A stretch of DNA of 64,000 bases from an uncultured archaeon (GCA_000965745.1 CP009479.1:928001-992000), one strand, 5' to 3'; shown: positions 1 through 10,376, counted from the first letter of the stretch. Made by a program: numbers and translations. Notes: a model not told the origin generated them from the sequence alone.

Positions 1-155
1 ATCTACATTCGATATATTTTTATATGAATGTGGGAAGATTTCGGGTCGATAGTATATTTATAGGTAACCAATGATGGAAATCCAGCTAACCATTATGCTT
101 ATGATGTTGGATACTATCACCATCGGCCGCAATATGGCTGTATGGTGAACTCGAT

Positions 156-1583
156 ATGCCTGGAAATGGGAATGATGAAAGAGTTGATTTTAAGGGAAAA
201 TATGTCGTGCTTTCGGTCACGACTCTTGCCCAGTTTATGGCTGCAATAGATGCAACCATTGTTTTCCTTGCAGTCCCATCTATGGGCCGATATTTCCACA
301 CAAACGCCTCATACATGACCATTCTTGTTGTTGCATACATAATATCCACAACCTCACTACTTCTTCCCAGCGGAGCTATTGGCCAGAGGTTCGGCAGAAA
401 GTTTCCATTCCTCATTGGATTTGCTATTTTTGCTATATCTTCTCTTGGAATAGCCCTATCTCCAGGAATTCTGTGGGCTATCGTCCTCAGGGCAATAGAA
501 GGATCCGGGGCAGCTCTTATGCTTACACTGGGCATACCGATACTTCTCAAGGCATTTCCACCGGAGGAAAGGGGGAAAGCAGTAGGCATAAGCTCCACCT
601 CGTGGTCAATCGGGGCTCTTCTTGGGCCAATCGTGGGTGGTTATCTCGTGACGTTTGCCTGGCAGTATATTTTCCTGATAAACGTCCCCATAGGCATCAT
701 AGCAATGGTAATGGGATTCTACAGAATCCCTAAGGAGGAAGGGCTTTCTACAGTCAAAATCAACAAGATGAACGTTGCCGGTTTTCTTGCTTTTCTCGTG
801 CCTCTTGTAATAGGTATCGCATTCATCAGCATTTACTGGATCGTCGCTTCATTAGTTCTTCTTCCTGTATTTCTGCTCACGCAAAGGGGTCACCCGCTCA
901 TTCCGGTCGAGCTCTTTTCCAACAGGAAATACTATCCAATTATTCTTTCAGCTGCATTGCAGGGCATAGGCTTCATGGGCATACTTTACGTTCTGAGCGT
1001 ATTCTTCCAGAGTGATCTGGGCCTCTCATCAATCGAAGCTGGACTCGCGGTATCCGCTTTTCCGGCCGCATCGATTCTCGGAACTCCTCTGGGGGGATAC
1101 CTGTTGGACAAAACTGGAAGAGGGGGGTCGCTTATGTTTCTAAGCATGGCATTGCAGGGTGTTGCCATCTTCATGATGGTTTTTTTCATCAGGGATCTGC
1201 ACACTATGATTATTCCCCTGCTGATAGCGGGTTTTGGGGGATCTGTGTTCTGGTCAGTCTCCACAACGCTAAGTGTGGATGTTGCAGGAGACAGGTTCAG
1301 GAACATGGCCAGCGGGACCCTGTTTACTGTGAGAAACGGAGCCCTTATAGTGGGCATAGCGCTTCTGCCGGTATTCATAAGCTTCTTCTCCAGTTCGGGT
1401 GCTTCAGGAACGCTTCTGATTTTCGGGACAGGTGTGAGTATATTAGAACCTGTGCGGGCATACATTATCTTCCTGGCAGCCATATCTTTAGTTTCTTCTG
1501 CTATCCTTGCCGCCACTAGGAAAAGATGGGACGTTCCCGGTGAAAAAGTGAGTTCAGCAAAAGAGAACCCTTCCGAAAGTTGA
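156..1583 (+). CDS. MFS transporter, DHA2 (EmrB/QacA-like) drug:H+ antiporter family
   Basis: 475 aa, many TM segments; DHA2-type motifs AQFMAAIDATIV, GQRFGRK, GPIVGGYL, WQYIFLINVPIG. Confidence 0.85.
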   Translation: MPGNGNDERVDFKGKYVVLSVTTLAQFMAAIDATIVFLAVPSMGRYFHTNASYMTILVVAYIISTTSLLLPSGAIGQRFGRKFPFLIGFAIFAISSLGIALSPGILWAIVLRAIEGSGAALMLTLGIPILLKAFPPEERGKAVGISSTSWSIGALLGPIVGGYLVTFAWQYIFLINVPIGIIAMVMGFYRIPKEEGLSTVKINKMNVAGFLAFLVPLVIGIAFISIYWIVASLVLLPVFLLTQRGHPLIPVELFSNRKYYPIILSAALQGIGFMGILYVLSVFFQSDLGLSSIEAGLAVSAFPAASILGTPLGGYLLDKTGRGGSLMFLSMALQGVAIFMMVFFIRDLHTMIIPLLIAGFGGSVFWSVSTTLSVDVAGDRFRNMASGTLFTVRNGALIVGIALLPVFISFFSSSGASGTLLIFGTGVSILEPVRAYIIFLAAISLVSSAILAATRKRWDVPGEKVSSAKENPSES

Positions 1584-1704
1584 TCCTAATGATTACGCGC
1601 ATCCTGTGCCAGAGGAATGTTTCTGCGAAAAACAGTGCGGCATTTCGCCCTATCGGGTAAAGTTTAATATCGGATGGGGAACATTTTGTTAGAAGGGGTA
1701 AATA

Positions 1705-2298
1705 ATGGACGATCACGATCCATTGAGGGCCCGGATCAGTAATGCCAGAAGGTACAGCGAACTGCTGGGCCTTAGGGATTCTGTCTGGAATCTCAGTGGG
1801 AAGATCGATTTTTCATCGTACGTAGATCTAAGGAAAAGAGTAGATGATAGGATCAGGGATTTCGAAACCCCCGAATGCGAAGACATTGAGATAAGGATAC
1901 TTTTTCCCGACAGGGACCCTTCTTTGCTTGACCTTAGGGAATGCAGGATAGCAATGGGAAAGAATGCGTCTCTGCCGAAATACATCTTCTCAAAATATGA
2001 CAATGCTGAGGACATCGAGATCAGACCTCTGGGAATATCAATGGAGGGTGAAAACTCAAACAGCACTGCGTTTGATCCACAGAAGGCGGGAGATTCAAAC
2101 GCACATTTCAACCCAAAACTGGGAATTCTCCAGAACAGGATCGAGAAAGTCATCAAGCTTGCCAACTATATGAATGAGACTTATTCCACGGTAATTCCGA
2201 AGATATCTTCCGATCTGAATGATATTGTTTCAAAACTTGAAGAACTCTACAAGAGAGTTTCCAATAATGAATATGAATTGAGAGACGGTGGCATTTAG
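1705..2298 (+). CDS. hypothetical protein with helical/coiled-coil C-terminus
   Basis: 197-aa ORF with GGGGT RBS-like sequence before the ATG; fills the gap between neighbours; no motif recognised. Confidence 0.6.
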   Translation: MDDHDPLRARISNARRYSELLGLRDSVWNLSGKIDFSSYVDLRKRVDDRIRDFETPECEDIEIRILFPDRDPSLLDLRECRIAMGKNASLPKYIFSKYDNAEDIEIRPLGISMEGENSNSTAFDPQKAGDSNAHFNPKLGILQNRIEKVIKLANYMNETYSTVIPKISSDLNDIVSKLEELYKRVSNNEYELRDGGI

Positions 2299-2304
2299 CT
2301 GCAT

Positions 2305-2973
2305 TCAATGCAGGACAGTCTTCTTGGCCACAAGATTTTCAAGGAACCAGTCTCTTGCCAAGTCTGCCACTTTTTCCAGCGTGCCGGGCTCTTCAAAGAG
2401 ATGTGTTGCCTCGGGAACTAGTTCCATCCTTTTTCTGCACTTCAGCTTGTTGTATGCGCTCTCATTAAGCTCCACGACTCCGTAGTCGCTGGAACCAACT
2501 ATCAGCATAGTTGGCGAGTCCACTTTTTCGAGGATCTCCCAGGCAAGGTCCGGGCGCCCGCCTCTTGATACAACAGCACCCACCTCTGTTTTGCCGGAGG
2601 TTGATGCCCTAAGGGCAGCCGCTGCACCGGTGCTCGCGCCGAAATAACCGATTGGCAAACCCGCGGTCTCAACGTTTTTCATTATCCAGTTTGTTGCCAT
2701 AACAAGCCTTCCGGAGAGAAGCTCGATATCAAAAACGTTTGCCCTTTCCATGGACTCATCGGGTGTAAGAAGGTCGAAAAGCAGCGTTGCAGCTCCAGCC
2801 TTGTTCAGCAATCTCGCAACGAATTGATTTCTCCTGCTGAATCTGCTGCTTCCAGACCCATGTGCAAAAATCACAATACAGCTGGCTTCTGCGGGAATTG
2901 CCAGAAATCCGGGGAGATCAACGCCTTTTCCGGAAATTGTGACTTCTTTAACGATGGCAGAATTGCTTTTCAT
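2305..2973 (-). CDS. dienelactone hydrolase-like alpha/beta hydrolase
   Basis: FAHGSGSSRFS, nucleophile elbow GYFGASTGAAA, SRGGRPDLA, ATHLFEEPG. Confidence 0.85.
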   Translation of the reverse strand: MKSNSAIVKEVTISGKGVDLPGFLAIPAEASCIVIFAHGSGSSRFSRRNQFVARLLNKAGAATLLFDLLTPDESMERANVFDIELLSGRLVMATNWIMKNVETAGLPIGYFGASTGAAAALRASTSGKTEVGAVVSRGGRPDLAWEILEKVDSPTMLIVGSSDYGVVELNESAYNKLKCRKRMELVPEATHLFEEPGTLEKVADLARDWFLENLVAKKTVLH

Positions 2974-3242
2974 CTCATGTCCCCAAATTAAACAATCTTA
3001 CGTAAAATATTAACGTAGTACCGTCATAGTAACACTTCAGCTTACAAAGTGTCAAACCCATAAAACTCGATCAGGTCACATATTGCCGCTTATGGAAGGG
3101 GTTTGGCTCTCATTCCGGTATGGCAGTTAGCCATGTTCAGGCCACGGTGGCTGGAAGTGTATATGTCTAAATAACCGGAAACGATATTCGGTTGCATGAA
3201 GAACCATAAACCACGGTCCTTGCCACTGCCGCAGGTGCATTT

Positions 3243-4160
3243 ATGATATCAATTGAGAACGTTTCAAAATCCTATTCCCCAAAATCTCCGCTTGCTGTTG
3301 ATGAAGTTACATTAGAGATAAAAGATGGGGAAATTCTGGGCCTTGTAGGCCTTAACGGTGCAGGAAAGACAACTACTATCAGGATGGCATCTGGAATAAT
3401 ACTTCCAACAACGGGAAGCATTAAGGTCGATGGCTTTGATATCGTTGAGGATAAGCTCAAGGCATCTTCCAGAGTGGGATGGATACCGGAATTTCCAAAC
3501 TTCGAGCCAAATGCAAAACCCCTCCCCCTCATGAAATATTTCGCCGGCTTTTACGATCTGGGCAGGAAGGATGTAGATACATTGATCAATGAGCGTCTGG
3601 ACAGTGTGGGTCTTGCACCATACCTCAACCGGAAACTCAGGACCTATTCCCAGGGAATGAAAAAGAGGTTTTCAATTGCCGAATCCCTTATAGGCGATCC
3701 TCAGAACGTGATGTTTGACGAGACCCTTAATGGGCTTGATCCCGAAGGTGTGGTATTCGTAAGGAAGTTGATAATGAGCCTTAAATCAGAAGGAAAGGCT
3801 ATACTCCTGTCATCGCATATTCTGACGGAAGTTCAGAACATAGCAGACAGGGTTGCGATAATAAGCCACGGCAAACTGATCAAGACTCTCACGAAGGACG
3901 ATATGAAGAGCCTTGGAAAGGAGGCAATACACATTACTGTTGATAATCCGGACGGAAACCTGTCCGGCCTGCTTGATCAATATGGAACAGTGTCAGTGTC
4001 GGCAGGGGAGATCACAATAACAGACCTGTCAGTGCAAAAATCCGATTATCCCGAAATCCCGGCACTGCTCATAAGCAAAGGATACAGGGTCAGGAATTTC
4101 AGCAGTACAGGAGTAAGCCTTGAGGAGTATTTCTTCACACTGGTTGGTGATAAGCTTTGA
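3243..4160 (+). CDS. ABC transporter ATP-binding protein (ABC-2 exporter type)
   Basis: Walker A GLNGAGKTT, signature YSQGM, Walker B MFDE, H-loop SSH. Confidence 0.9.
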   Translation: MISIENVSKSYSPKSPLAVDEVTLEIKDGEILGLVGLNGAGKTTTIRMASGIILPTTGSIKVDGFDIVEDKLKASSRVGWIPEFPNFEPNAKPLPLMKYFAGFYDLGRKDVDTLINERLDSVGLAPYLNRKLRTYSQGMKKRFSIAESLIGDPQNVMFDETLNGLDPEGVVFVRKLIMSLKSEGKAILLSSHILTEVQNIADRVAIISHGKLIKTLTKDDMKSLGKEAIHITVDNPDGNLSGLLDQYGTVSVSAGEITITDLSVQKSDYPEIPALLISKGYRVRNFSSTGVSLEEYFFTLVGDKL

Positions 4161-5617
4161 GGCCAATTACTTATGAAATAAGACGTACTCTTACCAGCAA
4201 ATTTGTCATTCTCATGATTGTGGCAATTGTGGGGCTTTCCACGCTGCTTGCCTATGAGTCAGCGGCTACATTCCAGTCGTCCCCTCTCGTGTCGAGCACT
4301 CCGTCTGTAAATTACGGTTATTACATCTCCAGCGAAAATATCACTGTGGTCACCTACTCCTATGAACCATCCGGCTCACCATACAACGGACTGCATATTT
4401 ATGTCAACTCCCAGAACGATACTTCTTATCCTCTTGTGTCAAACAATGCCGGATTCGCCAATGTAACAATGCCATATAATCAGACAAGCAAGCAGCCCCT
4501 GTCATTCAATTACACTTACAACATATTCGGCAGAACAATATCAGTTCCAAAGACCCAGATTGCTGTAAATCCGCTAATCATGTTCTCCGGATATACTATA
4601 GTTCCGAGACTGGTAGATAACCACAATACCTCGAACTTTGGGTTCCAGGTCCTTTATGTGGGGGCAAATGGTTCCAAGGCTCCTTTGACTCACATCAGCG
4701 TTGCGACTTACCAGCAAGGCGAGACGAGCTCTGAAGTGGTATCAAACGCAACCTATTCCACAAACGTTTCAGGCTTCTCAGTCATAAACGTCTTCCCGAA
4801 AATACCGGACCACCTTTACAACCAGACTTTCGGGCTCGCAGTGATAAGCAATGGCCAGAATGTCACCACGTCAGGCCCATATGCATTTCCACTTGGAAGG
4901 CTGTCGACATATTCGCCCATGACTCAGGAAAGGCTTCAGACCCTTGTATTCAGTGGCATTGGCCCAATCCTGGGATTCCTGATTCCAATCCTGGGAGTTT
5001 TCGCAGCCTACCTGACATATGGAAAGGACCGTACCACGGGAGTTCTTGAATCGGTGCTGAAACGTCCGGTCACAAGGCAGGGCCTAATATCTTCAAGATT
5101 CGTTGCAAACTCGGTCTCGATAGTAGCTTCAGTGATTGTTTCAATGATATTCGCAGACCTGATAATCATGCATTACTTTTCACTTGGTCTTTCAACCTAT
5201 TTCTCACTCTTCTTTATCTGGACATATATTGTCGAGGGGCTGTCATTCCTGGCTCTGATCTACATGTTTGCCCATGTCGTCAAGTCTCAGGGCGCATTGC
5301 TTGGTGTCTCGATCGCGGTCTTTGTGGTCATGGCACTTTTCTGGTCAATAATTCCGTTCACAATTCTGGCGGCCCTGAATATTGCACCGGCAAGCTCGAC
5401 CTATATCTTTGCATCAGTTGTGTTCAACTATGCCAGCCCATCAGGTTATTCCAGCCTGGTGCAGTTTCTGTTCACAAACCACATTGGGCTTCTGAGCACA
5501 TTAAGTGCAAACCCGGCAGCTTATGCTGTTACTGAGCCTCTGCTGATTGCAGCCGGTATACTCTGGATAGCAGTTCCATTCGGCATTGCTTACTATCTTT
5601 CCAAGAAGTACGACTAG
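4157..5617 (+). CDS. ABC-2 type transporter permease with large extracellular domain
   Basis: TTGA overlap with the ATPase; N-terminal TM, loop rich in N-x-S/T sequons, C-terminal TMs with GKDRTTGVLESVLKRPVTR. Confidence 0.8.
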   Translation: MRPITYEIRRTLTSKFVILMIVAIVGLSTLLAYESAATFQSSPLVSSTPSVNYGYYISSENITVVTYSYEPSGSPYNGLHIYVNSQNDTSYPLVSNNAGFANVTMPYNQTSKQPLSFNYTYNIFGRTISVPKTQIAVNPLIMFSGYTIVPRLVDNHNTSNFGFQVLYVGANGSKAPLTHISVATYQQGETSSEVVSNATYSTNVSGFSVINVFPKIPDHLYNQTFGLAVISNGQNVTTSGPYAFPLGRLSTYSPMTQERLQTLVFSGIGPILGFLIPILGVFAAYLTYGKDRTTGVLESVLKRPVTRQGLISSRFVANSVSIVASVIVSMIFADLIIMHYFSLGLSTYFSLFFIWTYIVEGLSFLALIYMFAHVVKSQGALLGVSIAVFVVMALFWSIIPFTILAALNIAPASSTYIFASVVFNYASPSGYSSLVQFLFTNHIGLLSTLSANPAAYAVTEPLLIAAGILWIAVPFGIAYYLSKKYD

Positions 5618-5669
5618 AATGAGAGGAAGCTTTTGCGGAAAGGATGCCTTCAAACATCACTTTCCCCTC

Positions 5670-6176
5670 TCATGCATTTCCTTTCTTTTTAACGAACAAT
5701 CCGAGCCCTACGACAATCAGGCCGGCAATGCCTGTCATTATGCCAAAGAGGGTCAGCAGGCTGAAGATTGAGGTATACGGGGCGTCATGTATGGCGGTGT
5801 AATGGATTGAAGGGGCTGATGAGGAAAATGCCACTATGTAATACTGTCCAGGATCATTTATGAAGGATATGATAAACGTGTTGCTTGTGTTGGAGGTCTG
5901 GTTTGGGGTCATTGAATAATGGGAGAGATCAGATTGATTTACCGCTGACAGCTCTGATGCGGGCACGAGCCCCACTGTAAAGTTTTCTGACATGGTTACA
6001 TCAATATCTGTGCTGGAAGTCGAGTTCAGCTTAACGGATATCCATTCTCCCGCGCCATGGGGGTTAGTTACTGAACCTTTGGAAACGTGGCCGTTGACAA
6101 CTGAAGCGGAGGAGAACAGCATAGTGGCTCCCAATGCAAGAATTACGACTCCTAATGCAACTACCTTCCGCCTCAT
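5670..6176 (-). CDS. hypothetical membrane protein (N- and C-terminal TM helices)
   Basis: 168-aa ORF with hydrophobic termini and an S/T/N-rich middle. Confidence 0.65.
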   Translation of the reverse strand: MRRKVVALGVVILALGATMLFSSASVVNGHVSKGSVTNPHGAGEWISVKLNSTSSTDIDVTMSENFTVGLVPASELSAVNQSDLSHYSMTPNQTSNTSNTFIISFINDPGQYYIVAFSSSAPSIHYTAIHDAPYTSIFSLLTLFGIMTGIAGLIVVGLGLFVKKKGNA

Positions 6177-6385
6177 ATCACGTTTACACCCTTCTCGTCC
6201 TGTGGTTTCAGTTACTGTAGCTATATTTAATCATGCCTAATGGCTTTGTAATAATTTTATATCTGAAACAGAGGATTCCTAATAAATCTGGTCCAGACTA
6301 TCCTCACACCGACCTATAATAAGTAGACTTGAACTAAGTCCGTTTCCTGCTCGATCTTAAGCTGTGCAAATATAATAAACAGGAA

Positions 6386-7222
6386 CTAATGAGTTCCTTT
6401 TGTTTCGGTTTCTTCAAGGTTGTTCAAGAATTCAAGAGAACTCTTCTTTGCCTTATCGGCTGCAGCTTCAATGGCTTTCATGAAGGCCGTTGTGATCCTT
6501 GAATCCTCAAGTTCGTAGAGTGCCTCTATTGTAACGCCTCCGGGCGTTATGACAGTCTCCTTTAGGGCTGAAAGTGAATCTCCGCTCTCAGCAACCAGTT
6601 TTGCTGATCCCAGGATAGTCTGGTATGATGCTCTAAGTGCAAGCTCTCTTGGAAGCCCTACTTTCAGGCCGGCATATACCATTGCCTCTATGACTGTGAA
6701 AATATATGCGGGACCACTTCCGCTAATCGGCGTCAGGGCATCCATGTATCTCTCCTCTATCTTCTCGACCTCTCCGAAGCATCTCAATATATCAAGGGCC
6801 TGTTTTTCTCCTTCCTCCGAGACTTTTTCAGTTATGCTGTAAGCTGTGAACCCGCCCCCTACTCTGGATGCAACATTTGTCATCGCCCTGATGACTGTCG
6901 ATTCGGGAAGAAGCGATTCAAGTTTCGAAAGAGGCAGGCTGGCGCATATTGATATCACCAGTTTGCCCTTCAGCTCACCCTGCATCTGCTGAATCTGAAC
7001 TACAGTCTCGGCAGGCTTAAGTGAGAATATGATCGCATCAGACTTCACGATTGCTTCTCTGTTGTCGGATGTAACTTCCATTCCCATTGTCTTGAGGTCA
7101 TCCAGTTTCTCTACCGATCTCCGTGTAGCAACAACGCTGTATCCGTTGTTCTTGAGGGCAACTGCAACTGCGCTGCCCATTGTGCCAGCTCCTATTATTG
7201 CTACTGATTTATTGCTCATCAT
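6386..7222 (-). CDS. proC: pyrroline-5-carboxylate reductase
   Basis: Rossmann IIGAGTMG, SGSGPAY, VITPGGVTIEAL motifs. Confidence 0.93.
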   Translation of the reverse strand: MMSNKSVAIIGAGTMGSAVAVALKNNGYSVVATRRSVEKLDDLKTMGMEVTSDNREAIVKSDAIIFSLKPAETVVQIQQMQGELKGKLVISICASLPLSKLESLLPESTVIRAMTNVASRVGGGFTAYSITEKVSEEGEKQALDILRCFGEVEKIEERYMDALTPISGSGPAYIFTVIEAMVYAGLKVGLPRELALRASYQTILGSAKLVAESGDSLSALKETVITPGGVTIEALYELEDSRITTAFMKAIEAAADKAKKSSLEFLNNLEETETKGTH

Positions 7223-7301
7223 CTATCAAATCCGTTTGCGCCAATTATACGGTTAACGTACTAAAGTTGAACGGAAAGAACTTAAATACAATGAAAAAGG
7301 G

Positions 7302-7814
7302 CTAAAAATCTTTCCAGCCGATGAACCAGTATTCATTCTCAATTGTATGGTACGAGTTCTCCCTGAAGTATTGCTTCACCACAGATTCTGATCTTTCGAG
7401 GTCCTCAGGGCTATGCGGATTGGACATCCCAGCTGAATTCCTATTCCAGTCAGCGACTATCAGCCTCCTTGATGTTACTCTCTCCATGTTTCTCAAGCCC
7501 TGTTCAGGTGAAGCGAGATGGTGCATGGATGATATAGAAATGGTGGAGTCAAACTCATTGTCCTCAAACGGCGGATCATCAATGTTCTCTCTCAGCAGCT
7601 TAAGCCTGCCGGTTGCTATCTCAGTTTCATATTTATCCTCAAGCTCACTGAAAGTCCATGCCTCAGGATCAATGCTTACAAGACTGCATCCGGTCGTTGT
7701 GAGAACCTGGTCCACTACAGCACCGAAGCCGGTTCCAACATCCAGAACGGAGTTGCCTTCAATTCTCAGGGCGGCTTCTTTTGCTATTTCCTCTAGGCTA
7801 TCATATTCTGGCAT
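7302..7814 (-). CDS. class I SAM-dependent methyltransferase (not ArsM-like)
   Basis: motif I VLDVGTGFG, PPFEDNEFD, SMHH; only one Cys. Confidence 0.8.
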   Translation of the reverse strand: MPEYDSLEEIAKEAALRIEGNSVLDVGTGFGAVVDQVLTTTGCSLVSIDPEAWTFSELEDKYETEIATGRLKLLRENIDDPPFEDNEFDSTISISSMHHLASPEQGLRNMERVTSRRLIVADWNRNSAGMSNPHSPEDLERSESVVKQYFRENSYHTIENEYWFIGWKDF

Positions 7815-7857
7815 AACTGGACAAATTTTTCAGGCTGATTAATTTTTTGAGACTCTG

Positions 7858-9168
7858 CTATGGAATAATCAGGAATGTCAACCACAGTGAGATCAGCGTT
7901 AAGGAAAGCACAGGCAACCCGACTGCCAGGCCAACTTTTGTGTAATAGAGCCCTGAAACCCTGGCAACCTTTTTCTTCTCCAGAGAATGGATCCAGAGTA
8001 GTGTGGCAAGGGAACCTATGACGGTGAATTTTGGGCCTATGTCGTTGGCTATGACGTTGGTGTAGATCATCATGCTGCTGGCGGAAAGGTGGCTCAGTGA
8101 CAGATTTATGATCATCACGGAGGGCATATTATTCATCAATGCAGCAACCAAGGCAAAAAAGAGCCCAGAAGAGAGGACCGACAATGGCCCTGGAAGATTC
8201 TGCAGATGGGAAACTACATTTGCGAGGACTACTGTAACACCTTCTCTGCCCATTCCGAATACTATTATGTACATTCCGAGGGAGAAGAGGACAATCTGCC
8301 AGGGAGCATTCATTATTGCGGACTTCACATCAATCTTCCTGCTCATAATAGAGATTATTGTGAGGATTGCAACTGCAGGAACAGAGATGAGTGCGACCGG
8401 GATTCCTATGGCACCGCCAAGGGCGTAAACGGTTACTAGTATTATGATGAAGGGTGCAGCAATCCTGAAAACTAGGGGATCCCGTATTTCTTCCCTGGAG
8501 AACGTCACTTCATGATCATATTCGGTAATTATGGACTTCCTGTAGAAAATCCAGAGAAAGGCTATGCTTGATAAAATTGCAACAAGGTCCGGTATCAGCA
8601 TCACAATGCTGTATTCCAGGAAAGATATGCTGAAATAGCTGGCAGTTACTATGTTGACCAGGTTGCTGACAACAAAGGGCATGCTTGCGGCGTCGGCTAT
8701 AAAGCCTGTTGCCATAATAAAAGGCAGAATACCCTCCTTTTTGGCCCCTATCCGGACAAGTATTGAATACACAATAGGGGTGAGCACCAGAGCCGTGCCG
8801 TCGTTCGCAAAAAAGGCTGATATCAGGGCGCCAAGGAGAATTATGAACACGAAAAGCCTTCTGCCGCTTCCCTTAGAGAATCTTACGAATTTAACTGCAA
8901 GATATTCAAAAAAGCCAGCCTCATCAAAGATCAGGGAAGCAATTATTATTGCCACCAAGGTGAATGTGGCATTCCACACTATGCCCCATACTATCTCGAC
9001 ATCCCTGAATGTGGTTATTCCCAATGCAAGAGTGATCCCTGCTCCCAACAGTGCAGAATATCCAATTCCTATTCCGTAAGGCCTCTTTATAACCAGGAAG
9101 AGGGTAAGTGCAAAGATTGCTAAAGAAATGAAGAGATAGGTCTGCGTAAAATCATCCCTGGCGATCAG
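7858..9168 (-). CDS. arsB: arsenite efflux pump ArsB; start extended to a probable CTG at 9168
   Basis: WNATFTLVAIII, FFANDGTALVLTPI, NNMPSV, DIGPKFTVIGSLATLLW motifs; the frame stays open upstream of the called TTG (9048) and encodes the ArsB first helix LAIFALTLFLVIKRPYGIGIGYSALLG. Confidence 0.9.
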   Translation of the reverse strand: MIARDDFTQTYLFISLAIFALTLFLVIKRPYGIGIGYSALLGAGITLALGITTFRDVEIVWGIVWNATFTLVAIIIASLIFDEAGFFEYLAVKFVRFSKGSGRRLFVFIILLGALISAFFANDGTALVLTPIVYSILVRIGAKKEGILPFIMATGFIADAASMPFVVSNLVNIVTASYFSISFLEYSIVMLIPDLVAILSSIAFLWIFYRKSIITEYDHEVTFSREEIRDPLVFRIAAPFIIILVTVYALGGAIGIPVALISVPAVAILTIISIMSRKIDVKSAIMNAPWQIVLFSLGMYIIVFGMGREGVTVVLANVVSHLQNLPGPLSVLSSGLFFALVAALMNNMPSVMIINLSLSHLSASSMMIYTNVIANDIGPKFTVIGSLATLLWIHSLEKKKVARVSGLYYTKVGLAVGLPVLSLTLISLWLTFLIIP

Positions 9169-9494
9169 TTGCCCGAAACTTCACTCTCACATTCGACACA
9201 ATTGCAGATCTTACGTATATTTTGGCCTGCCTCTTCTCCGAAATTAAGCAGAGAGACGATCGACTCATCCGACAGCCGGTATACAATATTCTTCCCCGAT
9301 CTGAAGCTGGAGACCAACCCGTTTTCGCGAAGGTCTTTCAATTTATGTGAAACCAGGGTCTGAGAAACCCCGACCTCAGACATTATATCACTAACACATT
9401 TTTCACTGCCAGAAAGTATCTTGAGTATTTTCAGCTTAGTGTCATCAGCCAGCATTTTGTAAATTGTAAGGTCGCCAATATTGCCGATGTGCAT
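9165..9494 (-). CDS. arsR: ArsR/SmtB family transcriptional repressor
   Basis: wHTH LADDTKLKIL...SQTLVSHKLKDLRENGLV; C-terminal CNCVEC; directly upstream of arsB; ATG at 9494 preferred over GTG at 9503. Confidence 0.85.
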   Translation of the reverse strand: MHIGNIGDLTIYKMLADDTKLKILKILSGSEKCVSDIMSEVGVSQTLVSHKLKDLRENGLVSSFRSGKNIVYRLSDESIVSLLNFGEEAGQNIRKICNCVECESEVSGN

Positions 9495-9517
9495 GTAAAT
9501 CACATTAGTTATTTTTC

Positions 9518-9537
9518 ATATGAATATAGATTCATAT
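9518..9537. promoter_or_regulatory. inverted repeat, probable ArsR operator in the divergent arsR/metallophosphoesterase promoter
   Basis: ATATGAAT-atag-ATTCATAT perfect 8-4-8 inverted repeat next to a TTAAATA box on the minus strand. Confidence 0.6.
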
Positions 9538-9599
9538 TTAATACAATCCTATCCAGTTAAGCTACAAAACGAATATCATCATGAGCCAAATCGTAATTT

Positions 9600-10292
9600 G
9601 TGAAAGTTCTAATCATCTCAGATATTCATGGAAACTATGAAGCATTGAAGGCAGTAATGGAACTCGAATCATACGATCAGCTTGTTTTTCTTGGTGATGC
9701 TGTGGATTATGGCCCACAACCTGCAGAAGTTGTGGACTTTCTCCATGAAAACTCAACCTTCAACCTCATGGGAAACCATGATTATGCAGTTGCTTACAAC
9801 GAAGACTGCAAGTGTTCCCCGCTGATGCATGATTTAAGCGTGTTCTCACGTGAAGAGATTTCAAACAAGCTTCTAGGCCCGACGGACCTGCAGAAAATAA
9901 AGGAATTTAAAACACACATCGAGACAGAAATAGGCGGCTTGAAAATATACATGGCGCATGCCTCTCCTTACAACAACATGTATGGATATCTGTTCTCAAC
10001 TGAGGCTGAAATGGTGAGCAGGGACAAAAAACTGGCAGACTTCTCTTACATTATGGTAGGCCACACTCACTTCCCCATGTTCTACAAGGGCAGGATATTG
10101 AACCCTGGAAGCGCTGGCCAGCCGAGAGACGGTTTTTGGAAGCCATGGTATTCTGTCCTGGAGACTGAGGAAACGAGAGTGGAATTCAAGAGATTCAGGT
10201 ATGACAACCAGAAGGTCATCAATCAGCTCAAAGAACTTATAGACACCGAAAATCCCCATTTCAAGGAACTGGTAAAATTTTATTCTTCCTGA
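9600..10292 (+). CDS. calcineurin-like metallophosphoesterase (YfcE-like) with CxC insert
   Basis: SDIHGN, LGDAVDYG, GNHD, AHASP, GHTH, NPGS motifs; DCKCS after GNHD. Confidence 0.88.
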   Translation: MKVLIISDIHGNYEALKAVMELESYDQLVFLGDAVDYGPQPAEVVDFLHENSTFNLMGNHDYAVAYNEDCKCSPLMHDLSVFSREEISNKLLGPTDLQKIKEFKTHIETEIGGLKIYMAHASPYNNMYGYLFSTEAEMVSRDKKLADFSYIMVGHTHFPMFYKGRILNPGSAGQPRDGFWKPWYSVLETEETRVEFKRFRYDNQKVINQLKELIDTENPHFKELVKFYSS

Positions 10293-10376
10293 AACCAACC
10301 ACCGGCCCAACCTTTTTTCACCCAGGATTGGACAACGTGCTTAACTGGGTGTATTTAATCATTGCCAATGTAGAAA

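Noticed and set aside
5-31. Imperfect palindrome ACATTC...GAATGT at the window start
   Set aside because: AT-rich and its upstream context is outside the window, so it cannot be assigned
7302-7814. Arsenite methyltransferase ArsM
   Set aside because: Only 170 aa with one Cys; ArsM needs several conserved cysteines
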